DNA of 64,000 nucleotides from NCBI GenBank assembly GCA_039096225.1, contig JBBPEB010000015.1, forward strand, positions 2,108,001-2,172,000. The letters run 5' to 3'. The translations under genes were made by a program, and so were the position numbers. This document shows positions 33,767 through 56,816 of the stretch, piece by piece. The notes under the pieces were generated by a model that had not been told where the DNA came from, did not search any database, and saw nothing but the letters and a program-made list of their open reading frames with translations. The DNA comes from Blastocystis sp. Blastoise. Taxonomy: Eukaryota; Protista; Bigyra: Opalinata. Position 1 is the stretch's first letter; the number at the start of each line of letters is the position of its first letter.

Positions 33767-35006
33767 TATATAGAACACCAGCAGGTATATAATAGAATAG
33801 AGATGAATACTATTTGTTATATAAATATAATAAATAGTATTATATATATATATATATATAGCAATAAATATTTTACCTTGTTCTGATATTAAGATTGATA
33901 AAAAGAAAGGAGAAGGATCTTTTGCAATTGTTTATAAAGCGTATATAATAATTATTTATAATAATAATAAATATAATAATAAATATAATAATAAATATAA
34001 TAATAAATATAATAATAATAATAATAATAAATATAAATATAGTTATTGGAATAATGATAAGATAGCTTTAAAGGTATTGAAAGATAAGATATATGAAGAG
34101 AATTTATCTGAGAATAGTCAGAAAGAGCAGATTCGTCAGTTTTTGACTCGTATTAATCGTGAAGTGACAATTATGTGTACATTGAGTCATCCTAATATAG
34201 TGAAATGTTATGGTTTAACGAATTGGAATAGACAAATTGCTTTATTATTAGAATATTTACCTTATAATTTACGATCTTTATTAGATGATATTAATTATAA
34301 GATGACTCCAAGAGTTCAAAAGTTGATTTTATATTCTGTAGCTCATGGTTTATCTCATATGCATTCTTTTGAACATCCTATTATTCATAGAGATCTTAAA
34401 GTATATATATATATATTATTATTATTATAAATATTATTAATTATAGGCTGATAATATATTATTAAATAAAGAATATGAAGTAAAAATAGGTGATTTTGGA
34501 TTTGCACGTGAATTATCTGATGAACGTCTTTCTTTAGTTGGAACAAAAACAACGTAAATAATATATAATATAATAGTTTATAATAGTTTATAATAGTTTA
34601 TAATAGTTTATAATAGTTTATAATAGTTTATAATAGTTTATAATATAATATAATATAATATAATAGAATGGCTCCTGAAATCTTACGATGTGTTCGTAAT
34701 TATGATGAGAAAGTAGATGTATATAGTTATGGTTGTGTAATATTTGAAGTAATGACAAGACTTAATATGATAGAATCCTATCCTAAAGATATTCCTGCTG
34801 AAAGGTTTCTCTTTGAAATAGCTAGTGGTACAAAACGACCTTTTTTACCTTCATCAATTCCTTTAGAAGTTCAAGAATTAATACAATTATGTTGGAAACA
34901 AGATCCTAAAGAACGACCTTCAATGTATGATATTGAAAGACAAATAAATTCTTGGGATATAACAAATTGGCCTGTAATTCTTTCACCAAAGAATAATCAT
35001 ACTTAA
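33063..35006 (+). CDS. UEV (TSG101/Vps23-like) domain fused to a TKL-type protein kinase, copy A (full length, 9 exons)
   Basis: UEV: GRICTSYNDSQYQVQVTILISSIEYPEKPPKILI..ENGEIQTPLLMNW..FSKDFPI. Kinase: GEGSFAIVYKA, IALKVL, HPNIV, HRDLK|ADN, DFG, GTKTTMAPE, DVYSYG, LCWKQDPKERP. Confidence 0.88.
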
Positions 35007-35264
35007 TATTTATAATCTTCTTTTCAATAAACATTATTCTTTTTTTTAAATATTATATAATTAGTCATTATTATTATTTTCATTTATATTATTCATGTTT
35101 TTAATTTAATTATATATATATTTAATAATAAAAAACAAAACAACAAAAAATAAAATATATTCTTACTAACAACTAGAAGAAATATTATATTTATTAATAA
35201 ATTTATTAATAAATGAAATTATCAAGAAGAGAGAGAAAATTAAAATTAACTATATTATCTATTA

Positions 35265-35305
<41 letters not shown>

Positions 35306-38300
35306 AAAGAGAGAGAAAAAAAATAAAAATAGAGAGAGAAAAAATAAATAAATAAAAAAAAATCTAATCTATAAATTAATAGTACAAGAAAGATCATATA
35401 GTATAGATTTAAATAAATTTAAAAAAATAAATAAATAAATATATATTTTATCTTCTGAAAGCTGGTGGAGGTGGAGGAGGAGCTCTTTTTCCTGCCATAG
35501 GAGCCATAGAAGGTGGAGGTGGAGGAGGAGCTTTACGAGTCATAAATGAACTATTAGGTTTTGAATATGTAGGTGGAGGTGGAGGAGGAGCCATATATTG
35601 AGATGGTTTTCTAGATGTAGGAGGAGGAGGAGGAGGAATAGAAGAAGAAATAGTAGAATTAGGAGTATAAGAAGCACGAGTTAATTGACCATTAGTATTA
35701 GCAGATGGAGGACTATATATATATTTATTATTATATTATAAATTATATTATAAATAAAAATAAAATAAAATAAAAAAAAATAAATATATAAAATAAAATA
35801 AAATAAATATATAATAATAAAATAAAAAATAAAACATACACTGAATAATTATTATTATTTCTTGATTTTGAAGATCTATTACAAATACATTTAAATAACC
35901 ATATAATTAATCCAAGAACTAATATACATAATATACCAATACATATATAAACAATAATCATCCAATTAAAAGGATAAACTTCACCTAATTTAACATCATA
36001 TGTTTTATCTATAGAATCAAAACTATAAGTAACACCATTAAAATCTTTTTCAAAACTACTAAATGAAAATGTATTTGGTACTTTTTCAGCAACAATTCTA
36101 TATCGTATATCTCCCATATTATAATGATCTGTTAATTCATTTTGATTTGGAAGATTATTACCTTGTCTACTTACATAAACAGGTCGTACATTTTCTAAAG
36201 CCATAGCATTACTAAATGAAATTGCATTTAATATACCATTAGGAGAACCAAGATTATGAAGATATGTATAAGTATAACGAAATGATATATTACATAATCC
36301 TTCAAATCTACCTAAATAAACACTTATTATACCTATATCTGTATCTAAATACATTGTTGTATCTTTAGGTATACATTCATGTATATCAATATAAAACCAA
36401 TCACCAAAAGCCATTCTTGATACAGGAGTAACAATCCATTCATTTGCTTGAACTTCTTTATATCGAATAAAAGAAGTAGGTACAGTATAATAAGATTCAG
36501 GTATAGATGCAGGACCAATTTGTACTATAGAATCAGTCATATAATAAATAGCAAGTCTTGTTGTACTTTTCATATTACGAAGTATTATTGGTTTACTACT
36601 TATATATTTATTATCTTTTTCTACAGTTACATAACATTCACTTGCACCTGTTAATAATAAATCAGGAAGCATTGTTACTAAACGACTATCTTGAGGAATA
36701 TCAATTCGATTACCATATAAATCCATTATATATATAGATGTACTTTCACCTTCATATGGCATATTATCTAATAATAATATATTTCCTTTTCCTACTTCTA
36801 TATATTTATCATCAGATTCAGAAATACCTCGTTTATATAATGTACCTGATAACCAATAATTTACACGATAATCAGGACTATTAGAATAACTTATATCAAC
36901 ACGTACTTTAAATTTTGTTATATCTCCTAAACCATGATACCAATTCATTAAATCATTACCATTTAATGATAATATAGAACTTGAACTACTTGCAAATGCA
37001 TATCCATTATTTATATAATAAACACGAGGATGACCACGACTTCCTTGAGGAACTATATAAGCCCAAAATAATTTAGTACCCATTATTTTACAATCATAAC
37101 CTGATAAATCAAATTTTACTTTACAATCATATAGATTTGAAGACCATTTATATTCAGGAGCACCAGTAGGTATAGGAACAGATACATAAGGAATACCAGG
37201 ATTTAATGTAATATCAAATTCTACATAAGGTACTTCAGATAAGGCATGAACACTTGTATCATTTGTTTGTTCCATTGCAAATGTTAAAGTATTTAAATGA
37301 AATTTTGTTATATGAATAGCTAAAAATCCATTATCAATTTCAGGAGGAATATAATAAATACCAAAAGGAATACTACTATCAGACCAATTATCTATATTAT
37401 CTGTTTGAGTATCTAATAGAATAGATACACCAGGTAAACCACCATCTTCAAAACGATAATTTAAAGCACGAAGACCTTTCTTTCCAAATCCTTTCTGATC
37501 TCCTTGTTGTCTATATTCTAAAGTAAATGAACTATATTTATAATCAGCATTTACAGTAGAACACATATCTTCACGAGTATAAGGAATCTCTATAATCATA
37601 ATATTATTCTTATAAGGAATACCATCAATTATTTCATCATCATTTAAACGAGGAGCTTCTGTACCTAAGAAATGTCTTGAATAAGGATGATCCCACATAA
37701 ACATTCTATATTTAGTAGTACCTCGTTCAGGTACTCCTAACCAATGTTGTTCTACTTTCTTCTCACTCATACAACGATAATAATGATAAGGACCAGGAAT
37801 AGTATACCAACTACCAGCTGTACCCATTACATTAGCACCATCACCATAATTATTTGGCCAATTAAAACTAGGTAAGAAATATGTAGGATTACTATCAACA
37901 AAACTTGCATGATTATAACCCATATTATGACCAAATTCATGAATAAGAACACCACCATTATAATCATATTTCCACTGAACATCGGGGTCGTTAGGATATC
38001 TCATAATAGCCCAATAATTATAGCCATCACGAATAGACCAAACATTACCAACAACACCTAATCCAGCCCAACCAAAATTACCATCACTTACAAATAAACG
38101 ACTACTATACTTAGCATCAATTATTGCACCATCAGCTTCTCTGCATGAAGCTAAAGCAGAATTCATCATATCACCATGACTAGCACTTTGATAAGTTTCA
38201 CCAGAAACAGCACAACATATAGATGTAATATAAGTATCTTTCCAATTAAGACTTACACGACCACCACTTTGAAGACGAAGGAAAGCATCAACCATCTTCA

Positions 38301-38724
38301 AGTAAATATTAGCTGTCTCCATACTAATACAACTATCTTGACCCCATCTTTGACAACGAATTAAAGCAACTTTGATTTGTCTATTAAAATATGGACAACC
38401 ATTGACAGGTGAAGCAGGATCATCTTCAAATAAAGATTTAGATCTCAATTGAGCATCATCTTCAGATATAAATTCATATTTTGTGAGTGTAGCAACCGAT
38501 CTTTGAAGTGTATAGCTTATTTTAGCTTTTCCAACTTTCATATCAAATTCATTACCATTTTTTATTTCATGTACAGTCATATTCGTATCAAAATGATAAA
38601 AAGGTTTATTCTCCGAAGAGATTGCAACGTACACACTAACTATTTGATCTTCATATATCTCTTGTGATATACATACACATATCAACAAGAATAATAATAT
38701 CATATAATTCATAATTAATCGTAC
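33388..38724. repeat. Left arm of a ~5.4 kb inverted segmental duplication (partner 56803-62292)
   Basis: Reverse-complement near-identity runs from within kinase intron 3 to about 12 bp upstream of the protease ATG. Confidence 0.95.
35448..38712 (-). CDS. Type I membrane zinc metalloprotease (metzincin, gametolysin/M11-like) with polyproline cytoplasmic tail, copy A
   Basis: Signal peptide MNYMILLFLLICVCIS, HEFGHNMGYNH, downstream YGD...MG Met-turn, and TM helix WMIIVYICIGILCILVLGLIIWLF. A single intron at 35713-35839 leads to a Pro-rich exon ending PPPAFRR*. The ORF-track C-terminus is intron read-through. Confidence 0.88.
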
Positions 38725-39276
38725 TTTTGAAAAGAATTATTTTTTTTCTTGAAGGTGATTCAATTATTGACTTGTTTTTATTTCCAGTCACTCTTATAAT
38801 TTTCTTGTTTTACGGTTTTTGGTGATTTTTTATCTTAGATAAATGAAATTCTCGTGGTTTTTATTCTTTTTTAAATGACGAGTTCTAACATATTTTTTCC
38901 TAAAAGATATTCTCGAATTTATTGGGTGCACCAGTTATGTCACGCCTATCGTTTTCTTTAAGCCAATAATGTTTGGAATACCTAACCCAAAAAAGAATGT
39001 TGTTTCTGAATCTGCAAATGCCTTCAGTATTTCAGGAAAAAAAGTTGAATCTATCTAAATGCTATCAAAAGAAAATGAAATAAAATTTTTATGTATGCAA
39101 AATATAAATATACTGAAAAATAGATAAATTGTAGAAAAATGAAAAAAAGAATTAATTAACAATACGTAATTCTCAACAGCAGAGCAATAATAAAAATATA
39201 AGCATAAATGAAATGGATCAAATATTACTAAAACGAATCATGACAAAAAAGATATATTTAATGTCACGCATAAAAA

Positions 39277-51852
<12,576 letters not shown>

Positions 51853-52165
51853 CTTTCAAATTATTAAAAAAAAACAAATATTGTATTGTTTTTCGTTTTT
51901 ATTATAAATTATTTTTTTATTTTATATCTACAGAATTGCTTATAATTTGAATAATAATTTTTATTGTGTTCATAAATAAGTGTTATCTCTAATAATTAAC
52001 AAAACAAAATTTTTAATGTTATGAAAAGCGAGTTGCATATATCTACAAAAAAAAATTATATAATAATAGACAAACAGACAATCAAGAAAAGGAGAAAATA
52101 GTTGTGAAAAGGATACTAGACAATATATAGAAGTACATTGTTATGTACAAATCAATTTATTCTAT

Positions 52166-53654
52166 TTAAAGAAGAAGATCTTTAATTTGCTTTAAAACGG
52201 GTTGTCTCTTATAACTATAAATAAGAATGATTATGAGTATATGTATAAAATAATTATATAGATATTGATATTATAAATATATATATATACCCAGTAATAG
52301 GAGCACCAACTTCTTTTCCATTCTTGAAGAAGTGGAAAGCAGGAAGAGCTTTAATACTGAAATGTGATTGTATTAAAGAAAATATTAATATATTAATTAA
52401 ATATATTTAGTATAATAATAATAAATAATAGTGGAATAAAAAAAAAGAATAGTAAAAGAGGATATCAGATTGAAGAGCAAGAAGAGCTTCATCAGTAGTA
52501 TCAATAGAAGCAAAATTAACTTCAGGAATTTCTTCAGATAATTGAGAGAAATAAGGAGCAGCCATTCTATAGGATATAATAATATATATAAATATATTAA
52601 TGAATAAAAATTGAATATGATGAAATAAACAAAATAATATACCTGCATTTTCCACAATAAGGAGCATAGAAATCAAAGACAGTAGGTTTACCGCTATTAA
52701 TAAGATCTTTAACTTCTTTAGGATTCTTAATCTTAATAACCTTACCATGAAGATCAATGGGTTCTTCTTGTTTTTCAGTTTCACCAGATTCAAAGAAATC
52801 TAAACTCTAATTAATAAAATATAAAATATAAAATATATATAATACTAAAAATATTTAAAAAATAGTATATAAAATATATATATAAAAACAAAAAAATAAT
52901 ATCTTCAAATACCTCTTTTCAGTATCAGGGACAATAGTTTTATTACCAGGTTTCCAGTTAGCAGGACACACTTCTCCGTGTTCAGCAACAAATTGGAAAG
53001 CTTCAATTAAACGAATAACTTCATCAACATTTCTACCTACAGGGAAGTTGTTGACAGTTATTTGTTCAATAACACCTTGAGGATTAATAATAAATAAACC
53101 ACGAAGAGCAATACCAGCTTCCTATATTAATAATAAATTAAATAGGAATAACAATAGTAAATAAAAAAATCAAATAAATTTTATTATTAGTAATATTATT
53201 ATATATTTTCAGGAACTAAAACACCATATTTAGAAGCAATTTCTTTAGTAATATCAGAAACTATAGGGATTTTCATATGACCTAAACCACCTTGTTTTCT
53301 AGGAGTCTTAATCCAAGCAAGATGAGTTTCTTGACTATCACAAGAGCAAGCAATAACCTTGGTATTAAGTTTTTCGAATTCAGCAATACGATCACTGAAA
53401 GCAATAATTTCAGTAGGACAAACAAATGTGAAATCCTTAGGATAGAAGAAAAGAACAACATATTGACCTTTATAATCATCAATATTAAGAGTAGATAAGT
53501 CACCGTTGATGACAGCAGGAGCTTTAAAAGTAGGAGCAACACCTCTTACAAAAGCCTTGGAACCTTCATAAGATATTTGAGAAAAAGCTCTGGCTTTAAG
53601 AGCAGTTTTGAATAATTTAGCAGTAGCAGTAAGTCTAAGAGCACGAGAAAGCAT
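52166..53654 (-). CDS. 2-Cys peroxiredoxin fused to a C-terminal thioredoxin domain, with mitochondrial-type presequence; 6 exons
   Basis: [15 protein letters not shown]..; [37 protein letters not shown]; then EKSLDFFES, linker, [54 protein letters not shown]. Confidence 0.88.
52364..52465 (-). other. U12-type (minor spliceosome) AT-AC intron
   Basis: 5' site ATATCCTCTTT, branch-like TTCTTTAAT about 10 nt from the end, 3' site CAC. Removal gives in-frame LQSDFSIKALP. No usable GT donor exists and retention hits a stop. Confidence 0.88.
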
Positions 53655-54695
53655 TTTAAGTTGAGTTTTTTATTAATTTAAAATATTTATAAAATAATTT
53701 ATGGGTAATATTTATTATCAACGAAGTTTTCTTCATTTGACATCTTTTGAAAACAAAACAGATGATATCATATACTTCTATATCATTGGGCAATTCCTGA
53801 TGACGAACCTCTTTTTCTGTGTTTTCATTGGTTATTTCTGAAATAGAGAATTCCATTGACTTCTTATCAATTGACACCTTGTTTTTCCCTATAATATTCT
53901 TTTGTTTCACTCTTTACTTGGTAGAACTGAATTCTTTAGGTAGAGATTCATTATTTAATAAACTATTGGAAATATCTTTGAAGCCAAGTTAGTTAAAGGA
54001 CAACTTTAAATAAAAATTAATCTTATTTGTTACTTGTAATTCATTGAAAGCTTGTTTTTAATGTAAAATATGAATTTTCATATATTAATATATATTCGTG
54101 ATTTTAAGAAATGAAGAAATGTGTAGATTATTCACTTGACTAAAATAAATTCAACTCTAAAACACGATAATTGTTATGAAAATAATATGTAGTTCTTTTT
54201 ATAGTCAGTTGCATGAAATACAACACAAACAGACAGATAATAATTCTTGAACAAAACTAGATAAAATATTTTTTTATATATATCTTTTAAAGTTATTACA
54301 TTTTCAAATGCACTGTCCTCAGTTCTGTTATTTCCAATTTTCAAATATACACAAAAACCACACTCTACTCAATAATTATATTGAAAAGTCGAAATGCAAT
54401 ATTTGACCTCATACATAATTCGTCACGCAATCCATATCATGAAAAATCATCTAAAAGTTGGAGAGAACCTTGTAATAAGTGGAAAACTTAAATAGTAAAG
54501 TTATCTGAAATTATTTTCATCAACAACTGAAAACAATGATGCTTCTTTTAGTGGAGACACAAATATCACGGGAATCCATAAAAATAAAGCCATCATATGT
54601 TTTCTTTCAAAAATGCTCTTTTGAAAACGGGAACTTATTTTGTTGGGAATATAAATCCACAAAACTCAATTATTATTCGAAGTGTAGAGGAATAT

Positions 54696-55067
54696 ATGAA
54701 TTTGCTTTTATTGTGTATCTTCTGTTTTGTTGTGACTCATGCATCACGTTGTGGACAATATGAACATTCATGTTCTTCTATTGGTACAAGAAACTATTTA
54801 AAAACTGTGGTGACTCTCTTTGCAATTGATGAATCAGATCATATTCATCAAGTTAATATCACTGAAACTACTTGTGTAGATCATTCATGTCGATTTCCAA
54901 TGCTTGAAATAAGAAAAACGTATAATCTATAGTTTATTATATTATTTTTCTCTGTTTTTTTTTGTACAATTTTTTTTATTATTATCTGTTCTTATATAGA
55001 ATGATAGGTAGATGGATTGGACACGACATTGAAGATGATCGTAAATATTTTTTTTTTATATTTTTTA

Positions 55068-55108
<41 letters not shown>

Positions 55109-55649
55109 CAGAAGTATACTTATTAAGAATGATTGAGTCTTCAGTTATTATTCATGATAATAATACTCTTTATGATCAAGGAGTCTATTGTGTTCCTCAC
55201 GTAACGAATAATATTATTTACGATATAAGTGACGTTAATTGCTATTTTGGAAGCATTCATCTTTTTCAAGGATTACAAAGCCAATTAGATGTGAATAATA
55301 AATATTTATATAAATTCACTCAAAATAAAGTAATTATTGATGGTATTTCGTATTCGAAACATAATCAAGAAGGATGCTTTATCAATCCTATTCCTACAGA
55401 CACTCCTTGTATATTATTCTTAAATTATAGTATAATCATATTTTTATTGTTATAATTTATAATTTACATTTTTGTTAAAATGATGCTATGTATAACATAT
55501 ATTTTGGTTTTTCTTTATCTATAGTGACTGTTATATTAGATTATGTTGGTATCGGTATAGCTGTCTTCTTCTTTATTTTTGCTCTTATCTATTGGATATC
55601 GAAAGATTATCACAAACCTAGAATTGATAAAGAAGATATTATTTATTAA
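54696..55649 (+). CDS. Hypothetical Cys-rich type I membrane protein
   Basis: Signal peptide MNLLLLCIFCFVVTHA, Cys-rich exons, and a last exon with TM segment YVGIGIAVFFFIFALIYWI and a short tail. Confidence 0.6.
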
Positions 55650-56816
55650 ATTTATCATTTTAGTTCTCTCTTTCTCTAGTTACATACATTATTCTTGTAT
55701 CTATAGATTTTACTTTTTTTCACTTTTCTCTTCATGTTTCTTTTTTCTTATTTGTTTGTTTACTTGCTTATATTATATACTATTCATAAGTATTATCTTC
55801 TAGTATCTATTCTATCAATGCTAATTAATATTTAATAAAAATTAGTATGGTGTTTTGTTCCATTATATAGTTTATTGTGATTACACAATGATTAATATTC
55901 AACGCTTAACTAGTTTTTTTATTTACTGCTTTTCTATACACAGAATCACTTTGAATAATCTGAAATTAAGTGATATTAAACGGTTCTAGAGTATTTTTAT
56001 ACAGAAAAAAATGATTCTCTTTATAAATCGAAAATATTTCTTTATTATTTGAATCTTTTGTATATGAGATACTCTGTTCTACAAATCTCATATTACTCAG
56101 AATAAAACAGAAATACTACGTCAATTTCTACTACGAGTTTCTACTTTCTAGTCTAAAAGGATTACGACATTATAAACATAGCCATATTTAGACACCAAAT
56201 ATTTAGAATTTAGAACAAATAAATTAAGAAAAACACACTTTTAATATGTATAAAAAAAATAAAAAACGAACTAGGATGATCAACATGTATTATTAGTACC
56301 ATATCTCAATCATATTTAAATATATATTGCAATAGCATGATACAATACCTTTTTGGCATTATACAGAGCCAGAAAACACTTTATACTTTTACAAACAATG
56401 ACGCAACAACAATGGAAAAATATCATCATATGGAATCAAAAAAAATTCTGTCATTTCTAGAAACACTAATGAGAATGATTGGTTGAGAATGCAGATGAAC
56501 TGACTACACACACGAATAACCACTCATTTCCAAGAAAAGAATCATAATCTGATTGAACAATTGTTTCGATAATGAAAGGTGCAATTAAGCTTTTGAAAAA
56601 AGATAACCAGAATTAATACAATGCTATACATTCATAATTCAAATATTCTAACGATTATAAATATGTCGGCTTTTTGCATAATTTTCATAATCGCAATTAT
56701 ATCTATGTTGATACTGTAAAAATGAAAAATAATTTGAAAGGATTCTATTTAAGAGAGTTGTCAATAAAAATTCATCTTAGTAGTATAAATTATTTATTAC
56801 CATACGATTCTTAATT

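Noticed and set aside
36448-38667. Antisense ORFs conserved in both protease copies
   Set aside because: Their conservation follows from the recent duplication, and there is no independent coding signal.
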